In this document: positions 1 through 13,913 of the stretch, piece by piece | Layout of the letters: each line of letters starts with the position of its first letter | How positions within the stretch are numbered: the stretch's first letter is position 1 | Assembly (NCBI GenBank): GCA_964016885.1 | Contig: CAXHJY010001504.1 | Location: 186,001-250,000 of the forward strand | Reading direction: 5' to 3' | Origin: Eledone cirrhosa | Lineage: Eukaryota | DNA: 64,000 bases | The notes under the pieces: generated by a model | Seen by the model: only the letters and a program-made list of their open reading frames with translations | Told to the model about the DNA's origin: nothing | Database searches by the model: none | Translations under genes and position numbers: made by a program

Positions 1-39
1 GACTTTGCGTCGCTGTTTCTCATTTTAATCGGAAGATCA

Positions 40-420
40 GCTGAGATGGGATAAGCTGAGCGGAGATGGGGGTGAGATGAGCGGTGATCTGTTGAGAAGA
101 GATGAACGGTGATGGGGTGACATGAGCGGAGACGGAGGTGAGATGAGATGAGCGGAGATGCGTTGAGATGAGATGAACGGAGATGGGGTGAGATGAACGG
201 AGATGGGATGGGATGAGATGAGCGGAGATGGGGGTGAGATGAGCGGAGAAGCGTTGAGATGAGATGAACGGAGATGGGGGTGAGATGAGCGGAAATGTGT
301 TGAGATGAGATGAGCTGAGATGGGGGCGAGATGAGCGGAGATGGGGGTGAGATAAGCGGAGATGGGGTGAGATGAGCGGAGATGGGGGTGAGATGAGCAG
401 AGAAGCGTTGAGATGAGATT
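40..420. repeat. GAGAT-based degenerate tandem repeat
   Basis: Repeated gagatgagcggagatggggt units. Confidence 0.9.
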
Positions 421-727
421 ACTACAAAAATATGCATAGAAGCAACGTGAGTGTTTCGATGTGAGTCTCGGAGGAGATTGACTATGGCGAGAATTCCGGA
501 CTCAGTACTGACCTACTGGCAAATACAACGAACCACTTAAGCGTTAAATGGAGTTTATATTTGCCAAATGAAAACTCTTAATATGCACCGATTTATTATT
601 TATTAACTCGCTGATAATTCCGGATTAGCCGACTGCCGGTTTCTCTCACTATCTTTCTATCTTTCTTTCTCTCTCTATCACTTTCTCTCTTTTAAGCGCT
701 ACGTCATTTATTAATCCTGATTGAAGA

Positions 728-2925
728 CGGTGGTGGTGGCGGTGATAGTGAAAGTGCTGTTGTTGATGTTGCTGGCGGTGTTGATGGTGGTTATGATGGT
801 GGTGGTGGTGCCGGTTATGATGGTGGTGGTTGTGGTGGCGAAGGTGGCGATGGTGGTGGTGATTATAATGTTGGTGTGATGATGGTGTTGATGGTTGGTG
901 TTGATGATGGTGGTGGTGGTGGTGGTGGTTATAATGCGGGTGGTGATAGTGAAAGTGCTGTTGTTGATGTTGCTGGCGGTGTTGATGGTGGTTATGATGG
1001 TGATGGTGGTGCCGGTTATGATGGTGGTGGTTCTGTTGGCGAAGGTGGCGATGGTGGTGGTGGTTATAATGCTGGTGTGATGATGATGGTGTTGATGGTT
1101 GGTGTTGATGGTGTTGGTGATGGTGGTGATGGTGGTGTTGGTGGTGGTTATTGCGGGTGGTGATAGTGAAAATGCTGTTGTTGATGTTGTTGTTGGTGTT
1201 GATGGTGGTTATGATGGTGGTGGTGATGGTGGTTGTGGTGGCGAAGGTGGCGATGGTGGTGGTGGTTATAATGCTGGTGTGATGATGATGGTGTTGATGG
1301 TTGGTGTTGATGGTGTTGGTGATGGTGGTGATGGTGGTGTTGGTGGTGGTTATAATGCGGGTGGTGATAGTGAAAATGCTGTTGTTGATGTTGTTGTTGG
1401 TGTTGATGGTGGTTATGATGGTTGGTGTTGATGGTGTTGATGATGGTGGTGATAATGTTGGTGGCGATGGTGGTGGTGGTGGTGGTTATAATGCGGGTGG
1501 TGGTGGTGATGGTGAAAGTACTGTTGTTGATGTTGTTGTTCGTGTTAAGGGTGGTTATGATGGTTGTGGTGATGGTGGTGGTGGTGGTGGTGGTGATAAT
1601 GCGAGCGTTGGTGTTGATGGTGATTAGGATGGTGGTGGTGATGGTGGAGATGTTGATGATGGTGGTGATAATGTTGGTGGTGATGGTGGCGATGATGGTG
1701 GTGGTGGTGGTGGTGGTGGCGATGGTGGTGGTGGTGACAATGCTGGTGGCGATGTTGATGATGGTGGTGGTGTTGGTGGTAGTTGTGGTAGTGGTGATGT
1801 TGGTAGTTGTGGTAGTGGTGGTGGTAGATGTGGTAGTGGTGGTGGTAGTTGTGGTAGTGGTGGTGTTGGTAGTTGAGGTAGTGGTGGTGTTGGTAGTTGT
1901 GGTAGTGGTGGTGGTAGTTGTGGTAGTGGTGGTGTTGGTAGTGGTGGTGGTAGTTGTGGTGGTGGTAGATGTGGTAGTGGTGGTGGTGGTAGTTGTGGTA
2001 GTGGTGGTGTTGGTAGTTGAGGTAGTGGTGGTGTTGGTAGTTGTGGTAGTGGTGGTGGTAGTTGTGGTAGTGGTGGTGTTGGTAGTTGTGGTAGTGGTGG
2101 TGGTAGTTGTGGTGGTGGTAATTGATGTAGTGGTGGTGTTGGTAGTTGTGGTGGTGGTGTTGGTAGTTGAGGTAGTGGTGGCGTTGGTAGTTGTGGTAGT
2201 GCTGGTGGTAGTTGTGGTACTGGTATTGGTGGTGTTGGTAGTTGTGTTAGTGGTGGTGGTAGTTGTGGTAGTGGTGGTGGTAGTTGTGGTAGTGGTGGTG
2301 TTGGTAGTTGTGGTAGTGGTGGTGGTAGTTGTGGTGGTGGTAGTTGTGGTAGTGGTAGTTGTGGTAGTGGTGGTGTTGGAAGTTGTGGTAGTGGTGGTGG
2401 TAGGTGTGGTGGTGGTAGTTGTGGTAGTGGTGGTGTTGGTAGTTGTGGTAGTGGTGTTGGTAGTTGTGGTAGTGGTGTTGGTAGTTGTGGTAGTGGTGGT
2501 GGTAGTTGTGGGAGTGGTAGTAGTGGTGTTGGTAGTTGTGTTAATGGTGGTGGTAGTTGTGGTAGTGGTGGTGTTGGTAGTTGTGGTAGTGGTGGTGGTA
2601 GTTGTGGTAGTGGTGGTGTTGGTAGTTGAGGTAGTGGTGGTGTTGGTAGTTGTGGTAGTGGTGGTGGTAGTTGTGGTAGTGGTGGTGTAGTTGTCGTAGT
2701 GGTGGTGGCAGTTGTGGTAGTGGTGGTGGTAGATGTGGTAGTCGTGGTGTTGGTAATGGTGGTGTTGGTAGTTGTGGTAGTGGTGTTGTTGGTAGTTGTG
2801 GTTGTGTTGGTGGTAGTTGTGGTAGTGGTGGTGGTGCAGTTGTGGTAGTGGTGGTGGTGGTGTTGGTAGTTGTGGTAGTGGTGGTGTTAGCGGTGGAGAT
2901 GATGGTAGTGGAGATGAAGTAATAG
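728..2925. repeat. (GGT/GTT/GAT)n low-complexity array
   Basis: Trinucleotide-derived array that produces the poly-Val/Gly artefact ORFs. Confidence 0.95.
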
Positions 2926-3040
2926 TGATAGAGTATTTGTTACTGTATCAAGGTGGTGCTGGGTTTTTATGTTGATGTTCTAGCGTACGGTTGTATCATA
3001 GATAGTTCCGAGTTCAAACTGAAGCTGATTTCAGATTTAC

Positions 3041-3147
3041 CTTTCCCCTTTCTGTGAAAAGTAAACCTCCTCTTTCTATGGGTATCCCTTTCGAAATCGG
3101 CGAAGAGGACGTCCCGAACTGAAAAGCGACATACAATCCACAGGGAC
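3041..3147 (-). other. Candidate orphan internal exon (107 nt)
   Basis: cttttcttcacgggtttcag| acceptor and AAG|gtaaat donor around a unique GC-balanced island. Two frames are open. No recognised homology. Confidence 0.35.
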
Positions 3148-3179
3148 CTGAAACCCGTGAAGAAAAGTTGGAACGATTT

Positions 3180-3739
3180 ATTGATAGAGGTAACTGACCG
3201 TGGTCACTGGAGGCCTTTAGCTGCCTCATGTGTCTCAAGCCATGGGTTGTATTGATAGATGTAACTGACCGAGGTCATTGGAGCTCTTTAGCTGCTTCAT
3301 GTGTCTCAAGATATGGGTTGTATTGATAGATGTAACTGACCGTGGTCATTGGAGCTCTTTCACTGCCTCATGTGTCTCAAGAAATGGGATATATTGATAG
3401 ATGTAACTGACCGTGGTCATTGGAGCTCTTTGACTGCCTCATGTGTCTCAAGACATGGGATATATTGATAGATGTAACTGACCGTGGTCATTGGAACTCT
3501 TTAGCTGCCTCATGTGTCTCAAGATATGGGTTGTATTGATAGAGGTAACTGACCGTGGTCATTAGAGCTCTTTGACTGCCTCATGTGTCTCAAGACATAG
3601 GATATATTGATAGATGTAACTGACCGTGGTCATTAGAGCTCTTTAGCTGCCTCATGTGTCTCAAGACATGGGATGTATTGATAGATGTAACTGACCGTGG
3701 TCATTGGAGCTCTTTGACTGCCTCATGTGTCTCAAGACA
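3180..3739. repeat. 71-bp minisatellite, ~8 copies
   Basis: Unit starts (attgataga) at 3180, 3251, 3322, 3393, 3464, 3535, 3606 and 3677. Confidence 0.95.
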
Positions 3740-3844
3740 CGGAAGCTTCTAAGTTTAAGTTTCTGAGGTTCGATAAAATACCTGACAATTACTGGGCATC
3801 GATACAATCGAATTACCTTTAACCAATAAATTTTTGGCTCGGTG

Positions 3845-4590
3845 GATTGGCAATATTGGTACAACTTCAGACACCATGCTTTGCGGCATAGAGTTACAAC
3901 CAGTTACGTTCTGAATTTAAATCCCACCGAGGTTAGCGTTGCTTTTCATCCTAAGTGGGTCGATAAAATAAAGTACTATTAACGTCCTGGGGGTCAATTT
4001 AATCGACTTTCCCCTTCCCCCAAGATTGTTGGTCATGGGCCTCAACTCTAAACCATATTTACGGTAGCCCCAAACAACTATTCATCGTCTCTCTTGACTT
4101 CACTTAACATAACTACAAACATTTGTCCACGAGAGAAGGATTCAACAGTATTTATTATTGGTAGATTAGATTAAAGGCGGCGGGTTGGTAGTATCGGTAG
4201 AGGCTCGGATGCCATGCTTTGTAGCATAGAGTTATGGCCCTTTACGCCCCGAGTTCAAATCTCGCCGAAGTTAACTTTGCCTTTCATCCTTACGGGGTCG
4301 ATAAAATAAAGTACCAGTAATGCACTGGGGTAATTGCTGGCCTTGTGCCAAAAAGTAGAAACAATTATTATTGATGGATTAGTAGTATCGGTAGAACGCC
4401 GGATAACGTTTTGCGGCATATAGTTACGTCCCTTTACATTCTGAGTACAAATCCAGCCGAGGTTAGCGTTGCCTTTTATCCTTACCCTTACGAGGTCGAA
4501 AAAATAAAGTACCAGTAATGCGCTGTGGTAAATATAATCACCTTTACCACCCCCACACCAAAGCTGCTAGCTTTGTAGCTAAATCATTAT
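3845..4590 (+). mobile_element. Three tandem copies of the dominant tRNA-derived SINE
   Basis: Each has a B box (gagttcaaatc), central gcctttcatccttacggggtcgataaaataaagtaccag and tail ggccttgtgccaaaagtagaaacaattatt. Confidence 0.85.
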
Positions 4591-5360
4591 CACATGTTTG
4601 TTTTGTCGTATTACTATCACAACAATAACAACCACCACCAACACCACCAGCGCCACCACCAGCACCACACCACCACCACCACCACCACCACCATTATCAT
4701 CATAACTATTACCATCACCAACAAATCCCCCATCCACTACTTTTACCACCTACACAACTACAACCGCCACTACCACCCCCATCACCACTCACACTACCAC
4801 CATCACTAATACCAGCATCATTATTAACATCACCATCACTACTAAATCATCTCCACCATCACTAATAACTACACCACAAATGCAACACAACCACCGCCAT
4901 CACTACTAGATCAACCTACCGTCATTAATAACTCCACCACCACCTCCACCACCACAACACCGCCACCTCCACCACCACAACACCGCCACCTCCACCACCA
5001 CAACAGCAACACCAAACCAATAACACAGGCGCCATCACCACCACCACAACAACAACACCAACACCAAACCAATAACACAGGCGCCATCACCACCACCACA
5101 ACAACAACACCAACAACAACACCACCACCTACACAGGCACCACCACAACCACAATTACGACAACTCCACCAACACAGACGTCACCACCACCAGTAAAAAA
5201 CATAATTATCGGAAAACAATGAGATTTAAAAGACGGATGATCTTGTTCAATTATTCGAGATATGTTGATCTCTTTGATTTTACACACATACACATACTGA
5301 CACTTTCACACCGACACACACACGCAGACATATATATATACACAAACTTTGTATATATAA

Positions 5361-5421
<61 letters not shown>

Positions 5422-5694
5422 TATATTATATTTATATATATAAATACCCACCATACACGCATATATCAACACACCCCACACATACAGATATATTTGTATA
5501 TATACATATACATATATGTATATATATATATATATATATGTTTATATATATATTTATATATATGTATATATATATATGTATATATATATATATGTATATG
5601 TATATATATATATATGTGTATATATATATATGTATATATATGTATATATATATGCATATATGTATATATATATGTATATATGTATATATATATG

Positions 5695-5725
<31 letters not shown>

Positions 5726-5784
5726 GTATATATATATGTATATATGTATATATGTATATATATATGTATATATATATATATGTA

Positions 5785-5827
<43 letters not shown>

Positions 5828-6306
5828 ATATATATATATGTATATATATATGTATATATATATGTATATATGTATATATATATATATGTATATATATATT
5901 TATATATGTATATATATATTTATATATGTATATATATATTTATATATGTATGTATATATATATATTTATATATGTATATATATATATATATTTATATATG
6001 TATATATATATATTTATATATGTATATATATATATATATGTATATAATGTATATATGTATATATATATTTATATATGTATATATGTATATATATATGTAT
6101 ATATGTATATATATATGTATATATGTATATATATATATGTATATATGTATATATATATGTATATATGTATATATATATGTATATATGTATATATATATTT
6201 ATATATGTATGTATATATATTTATATATTTATATATATATATGTATATAATGTATATATGTATATATATATTTATATATGTATGTATATATATATATTTA
6301 TATATG

Positions 6307-6341
<35 letters not shown>

Positions 6342-6488
6342 GTATATAATGTATATATATATTTATATATGTATATATATATATATATATATATGTATAT
6401 AATGTATATATATATTTATATATGTATATATATATATGTATATATGTATATATGTATATATATATTTATATATGTATATATATATTTA

Positions 6489-6519
<31 letters not shown>

Positions 6520-6568
6520 ATATATATTTATATATGTATATATATATTTATATATGTATATAGATATA

Positions 6569-6666
6569 CAGGGTGTCTCCAAAAATGTATACACACTTTG
6601 ATTACTTGTACAGGCAATACTCATTAGAATGCTGTTGGAGTGCATATACATTTTTTGGACACACTG
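6569..6666. mobile_element. Mariner-type MITE
   Basis: TA-CAGGGTGTCTCCAAAAATGTATACAC ... GTGCATATACATTTTTTGGACACACTG imperfect TIRs. Confidence 0.65.
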
Positions 6667-6760
6667 CATCATCAATGGACCTATTATGTTTATCTAAAGA
6701 CATTTTCTCCAATTCCAACCCACCCGTCCCTTCTATCTATCTTATTTCTCATTCTTTCTT

Positions 6761-6872
6761 CTGATGAAGGACTATGACCGAAACGTATAGCCCTCTTCCT
6801 CCTATTTCAAGCGTTACCCTAATATATTCCCTTCATATACTGTACTGATTGTATTGTTATTTCTGTTTAACT
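6761..6872 (+). mobile_element. Penelope-like tail with hammerhead-like core (family B)
   Basis: CTGATGA-AGG..CC-GAAACGTA at 6761-6787, but stem I is not evident. The tail ttcaagcgtta..gtttaacttt recurs at ~9722-9790. Confidence 0.5.
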
Positions 6873-6889
6873 TTTACACACACACACAA

Positions 6890-6922
<33 letters not shown>

Positions 6923-6933
6923 CACACACACAT

Positions 6934-7040
<107 letters not shown>

Positions 7041-7252
7041 ATATAAGATCAAAAGATGGTTAAAAGAGTTCCAAGTATTTTATTATGCGCATTTCAAAAA
7101 CAAATATCATCATGGGATGATATTTGCGTTCTCATCAGATAAAATAGACAAACATCTTTTGATCTTATATTATTTATACTCCAGGCCTATAAACTGTGGA
7201 GTGCTACTTATCCGATATTTGCATTGCTTTATTGTGCTACAATAAAACTCAC

Positions 7253-7255
<3 letters not shown>
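7041..7255. mobile_element. Penelope-like inverted tail insertion (family A)
   Basis: Inverted arms atataagatcaaaagatg/catcttttgatcttatat, a hammerhead in the left arm, and (TA)n flanks. Related copies at ~9518-9715, ~12860-13025 and 36737-36890. Confidence 0.65.
7076..7146 (-). ncRNA. Type I minimal hammerhead ribozyme (family A, copy 1)
   Basis: Minus strand: TATTTTAT-CTGATGA-[GAACGCAAATATCAT..ATGATATTTGTTTTT]-GAA-AT-GCGC-AT-A-ATAAAATA. Perfect 8-bp stem I, canonical core, palindromic stem III, AUA cleavage triplet. Confidence 0.85.
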
Positions 7256-7333
<78 letters not shown>

Positions 7334-7400
7334 TTATATGTATATATATATATATATATAAATATACACACATATATATATATATAAATATACACACATA

Positions 7401-7502
<102 letters not shown>

Positions 7503-8049
7503 CACACACATATATATACATATATATATATACATATATACATATATATATATATACCGGGTGTGCCCAAAAATGTTCTAGCAACGGAGTCTCTATTATA
7601 AACACCTTCTTCCATTACAGAGACATCTCTATACATGGTATAAAGACACTCAGGGACAGAGATCAATTATTGATTTCCTTATTGTCTTTGATCTCACAAC
7701 CTTACGATTGTGAACCGAATACCTTAATGAAAAAGCCACGCGCCTTGACTGTCACATACACATACATACACATAAACACATTCATACACACACCACACAT
7801 TTATGTATCATATATTGACGATTGTGTATATATGTCTAGGTATATCTATGCTTGATTACTGCATGTGTGTGTAAGTATTATGTATGTATGCATGTGTATG
7901 TATGTATGTGTGTGTATATGTGTGTGTGTGTTCTGATGTGTATGTGTATACGTTATTTTTAATGCGTCTAATGTTACGTATGTCTAATAGGAATAGACAG
8001 GCGTCTATAAAGACGAACTTAATCCGTGTGGCGTACAGTGATGTATGTT

Positions 8050-8134
<85 letters not shown>

Positions 8135-8205
8135 ATGTATATATATATATTTATATGTATTATTTAAAGACTTATTTAAAAATATATATATATATTTATT
8201 TGGTT

Positions 8206-8243
8206 CCTTTACCGGTTTCGCAGTTCTTCTGCTTTTCAAAAGT
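8206..8243 (-). ncRNA. Family C U3:A8 hammerhead, further copy
   Basis: Minus strand ACTT-TTGAAAA-GCAGAAGAACTGC-GAAACCGGTA-AAGG. The inverted partner at ~8365-8530 has stem II deleted (ttttgaaaaccggt). Confidence 0.65.
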
Positions 8244-8274
8244 AGAGTTGAGATGGAGGATCTGTGGTTTTTCT

Positions 8275-8335
<61 letters not shown>

Positions 8336-8527
8336 GCATATAAATATATATACATATCTATCGCAGATGCAAGAAAAACCACAAACTCTCCATTTCAATT
8401 CTACTTTTGAAAACCGGTAAAGGAACCAAATAAATATTCTTAAAAATACCCCAGTTGCATTTACGATTTCATCTTTTGTTTTCCTTATACTTTCACTTGT
8501 TTTTTTCATTTTGGAAAAAGAACCTAC

Positions 8528-8643
<116 letters not shown>

Positions 8644-8796
8644 GTATAAATATATACACATACGAATATTTCATCATATATATGCATATATATACAAATA
8701 TACATGTATATGTACATCTATACTTGTATATATATATGCATATATATGATGAAATATTCGTGATGTATATATATTTATACATATAAATATATAAAC

Positions 8797-8828
<32 letters not shown>

Positions 8829-9551
8829 ATATATATACATATATATGTGTATGTACATATATATGTGTGTCTGTCTGTGTATGTGTGTGTGTGTAAAAAA
8901 ATATATATGTACATACATATATATATATATACACACGCACAGAAACACACATACAAACACACACAAACACAAACACACACATATACACATGTATAAGAAG
9001 AGTGTTAGGTTGTGAGTAGTTACTAGTAGGATTACAAGTGCATTTAGTGTTTATAATGACTGTGTATGTCAAATGAAACAAGCTTGCATAATCCGTTGCT
9101 TAAACTAACTATACCAATAGAATTGAGCGGCAACTAAATTACAATAATGATTAAAACTATCTATTCGGATTAGTGTCGATTAGTTAAAAGTTTATTTCAT
9201 GTACCTATGTCTGAATGTGTGTAATGTATTTGAATGTGTATGTATGTATGTGTATATGTATGTATGTGTATATGTGTGCATATAAAAAAAAGGAACGATC
9301 GACTTTCGTCAAATCCGACCGAGGAAACAATGTTTCCGTTGGTCTTTCCAGTTGCTAGTACTATCTATCGGGCGCAACTCCAGGTAGAAGGAGCAACGTG
9401 AAATAAAGTGTCTTGTTCAAGGACATAACGCATCGCCCGGTCCAGGAATCAAACTCACAACCTCACACTTGTGAATCCAATTCTCTAACCACTCGGCCAC
9501 ACGCCTGTATATATATATAAAAGATCAAAAGGTGGTTAAAAGAGTTCCAAG

Positions 9552-9644
9552 TATTTTATTATGCGCATTTCAAAAACAAATATCATCATGAGATGATATC
9601 TGCGTTTTCATCAGATAAAATCTGCGTTTTCATCAGATAAAATA
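9552..9644 (-). ncRNA. Hammerhead ribozyme family A, copy 2, with duplicated CUGAUGA half
   Basis: Same architecture as 7076-7146. The ~22-bp segment tctgcgttttcatcagataaaa is tandemly duplicated. Confidence 0.75.
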
Positions 9645-9933
9645 GGGATACATGATATGAAGGTTAAAAAACACTTGTGAATAGTGAAGTTTTAAATCAA
9701 CATATCATGATATGTTGATTTTTCAAGCGTTAAACTAATATATTCTCTTCATATACTGTACTGATTGTGTTGTTATTTCTGTTTAACTTTTACACACACA
9801 CACACACACACATATATGCATATATATATATATATATATCCTATGGACTGAGTGCTCTTACCGTTGGATATTTCTACCAAACTTTTACTACAGTATATAT
9901 ATATATATTATATATATATATATACATACATAT

Positions 9934-10017
<84 letters not shown>

Positions 10018-10222
10018 GAAGTTCTATTTAAATTGTTGGGATACAACAAGCAAATATTTTTATAACTGCTATAAAGCACTCAACAAATTATTGGAGTAAA
10101 AATACGATATATTAACAAATGGAAACTATATTTATAAAACCATATTTATTTCATTGTCCTTGAAATATGTATAATGAAATAAATATGGTTTTATAAATAT
10201 AGTTTCCATTTGTTAATATATC

Positions 10223-10225
<3 letters not shown>
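10018..10225 (-). mobile_element. Family F inverted tail copy
   Basis: Arms aaatggaaactatatttataaaaccatatttatttcatt/aatgaaataaatatggttttataaatatagtttccattt. Confidence 0.6.
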
Positions 10226-10275
<50 letters not shown>

Positions 10276-10644
10276 TGTGTGTGTATATATATTTATTTAT
10301 AATTTAGGAGGGCCATGGTTCCAATAAACACACACCTGTTGGATTTCATTTTAATTTATTATTAAAGTTTCCCCGTTAGTTTATTTCCGTATGGTGTTTC
10401 TTCGTTGATTGTCGAAGCTTTTTCATCACACATTCTGTGACCTCTCCAGTGACTAATTTCGTTGTTAATTCGTATATATCTTTTGTTCTGTTTTGCACCA
10501 TCTCGTTTTTGTAAGCTGAGCACTTGGCTTCACTTCGAAGTTACTGTCATATATTTACATTTATCTTCAGAAATTATCCATATTTTCACACACACACTCA
10601 TACACACACACACACCCACTCTCTCTCTCTCTCTCACACACATA

Positions 10645-10677
<33 letters not shown>

Positions 10678-11012
10678 CTACGCGAAGACATATTCGGTTT
10701 GGGAAGGAAAACCATGATGTAAAACCTGCGATGTAATGACAGCCAATGATGTTGACTATTGTTCAGAGAGTGGGATTGATCCAGTTCAAGGCCTTTCTTA
10801 ACTTAAGAAAGCTTCAAGCATAGGCTTTACTTGATCTAAAGCACTTTTATGTGTGTTGCATAAGCAAGGCCTTTTCTTCTTTTGCTGCAAAATAGGCTGA
10901 AAGGAATTTAATTCCTTGGATTGTCATGCCACCCACATATGAGAAAAAGGCCAAGAAATTGCAAAGTAGTCTATATTATATATAGGCTACATTGCAATTT
11001 ATATATATATGC

Positions 11013-11081
<69 letters not shown>

Positions 11082-11180
11082 TATATGTATGTATGTGTGT
11101 GTGGGTGTATATACATCCTGTTGGTGAGAAATAATATATGTACAGAGAGAGAGAGAGGAGGGATCTAGAAATAGATAGGT

Positions 11181-11249
<69 letters not shown>

Positions 11250-12378
11250 GAATAACCGAAATGGTTACCAGAACAAAAACTATTACCATTTGGACACGAT
11301 AGCAATGTTGAAAGTATACATGACATATTGTCAAAGATTTTGACGGTTCCCAAATGTTCTAGAACTTTCGGTAGAGAGCTGAGTCGCCAATTAGAAGTAT
11401 TTTTGCATGGAAAAGGCAAATGTCAACTGTTTTAGTTGGTCATGTGACGTGACGGTTGAGTCTTCCATGTTTAGATCAGGAGAATACTGGAATGGGAGAA
11501 CTGTGGAATGGAATATAATCGATAATTATTCCTATTTCTATTTCCTTTTCCTGCCCCACTCCCCTCTCTCTTTCACGCACGCACACACATACAAGCACAA
11601 ACACACACACACACATATATATATAACATATATATATATAACATATATATATATAACATATATATATATAACATATATACATAACATATATATATATATA
11701 TATAACATATATATATATATATAACATATATATATATATATATAACATATATATATATATAACATATATATATAACATATATATATATATATAACATCTA
11801 TATATATAACATATATATATAACATATATATATATATATATAACATATATATATATAACATATATAACATATATATATATATAACATATATATATATATA
11901 TATATAAAACATATAAATATAACATATATATATATATATATAACATATATATATATAACATATATATATAACATATATATATATATAACATATATACATA
12001 TAACATATATATATAACATATATATATAACATATATATATATATATATATAACATATATATATATATATAACATATATATATATATATAACATATATATA
12101 TATATAACATATATATATATATATATAACATATATATATATAACATATATATATATATAACATATATATATATAACATATATATATATATATAACATATA
12201 TATATATAACATATATATATATATATACAGAGAGAGAGAGAGGTAACATCCTGACCTCGGCGCCAAGCAACTTCAGCTTCAGGCTCAGTCTCTTTCTTTT
12301 TTTCTCTCTTTCTCTATATATGTATGTATATATAAATAAATTGGGAGTTACTAGTTATCTATCCATCTATCTCTCTAT

Positions 12379-12452
<74 letters not shown>

Positions 12453-12790
12453 CATCTACCTACCTATCTTTCTATCTCATCTACCTACCTACCAACCTGC
12501 CTGTATATCTATCTAGGTACCAGTCTCTCTGTCACTTTATTTCTTTGCACGTCTTTCTCTGTGTTATGTGTATAGATATCTATCAATATATCACTCTTCA
12601 GTCAAAGAAGAACTACAAACATGGACAAATCCCAAAAGATATACAGATAGACAAGCAAAGAAATAAAGGGATACAGAGACTTGTATCTAGCTAGATTGAT
12701 AGATATACAGATATGTAAGTAGATTGATACATAGTTAGGTAGATAATAAGGCAGGTAGGTAGATAGAGAGATAGATAATCTAGAAACTCC

Positions 12791-12853
<63 letters not shown>

Positions 12854-12888
12854 AGAAGAAATTAAAAGATGGTTAAAAGAGTTCCAGG

Positions 12889-12959
12889 TATTTTATTATG
12901 CGCATTTCAAAAACAAATATCACCCTGGGACGATATTTGCGTTCTCATCAGATAATATA
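12889..12959 (-). ncRNA. Hammerhead ribozyme family A, copy 3
   Basis: Minus strand CTGATGA-GAACGCAAATATC..GATATTTGTTTTT-GAAATGCGCATA-ATAAAATA. One stem I mismatch. Confidence 0.78.
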
Positions 12960-13585
12960 GGGAGACATGATATGAAGCTTTAAAAAAAACACTTGTGAGC
13001 AAGGTAGTGTCTAATCAACATATGATAAATAAATTTAAAAGGATATAGGAGATTGGAAAAAAGGAAAGGAAGGGGTAAAAAGTACGGAAGAGGAAGAAAG
13101 GAATAAAAGGAAAGGATAACGGAGGAAGAGTATAAGAAGGAGAGAGGAGAGAAAGAGAGAGAGATAAACATTTAAATATATATATATATATACAAAAAGT
13201 GCTGGAACTCGGCAGAGTCAACGGCCACCCAAATAGTACTTTTTTCTTTTTTTTCTTTTACCTGGGAGTGAAAGACCTCCAGTTGTTGTCACAACTCCTT
13301 TGTAGGAGAGGGAAACTCTGAAAAAAAAACCTGTGGCTTCGGAAGCATCCGATGATGTTGACCAGTTCTCCTTTTCGGGTAGTGTTTTCGATGCTGAAAG
13401 AGTGGGATTGGTCGAGTGTAAGGCCTTTCCCAACTTAAAAAACCTTCAAAGTACAGGCATTGCTTGTTCAGGTTATGTTACAGGTTCGTGTGGCTGGCCT
13501 TAGCCTAAAGGTGCACCAAACTCTATAATCTGACAAGCGATTGCAATACTCTTAGCAGAATTTGCAGCCATCATGTATGTATGTA

Positions 13586-13636
<51 letters not shown>

Positions 13637-13748
13637 GTGTACCTGGTTCAATCGGAGGTAACCACATAGACTGAAACAGTTCTAGTCCTGTAGAAGCGAT
13701 TTCTCTCTCTCTCTATATATATATATATCTCAGGAATTTTACCCGCCC

Positions 13749-13913
<165 letters not shown>

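Noticed and set aside
876-2690. Gly-rich and 422-aa poly-Val ORFs
   Set aside because: Trinucleotide low-complexity array open in several frames, with no domain or splice support.
3180-3739. CRISPR-like appearance of regular arrays (also 23293-23762 and 50752-52411)
   Set aside because: No unique spacers, no cas genes, and a eukaryotic context.
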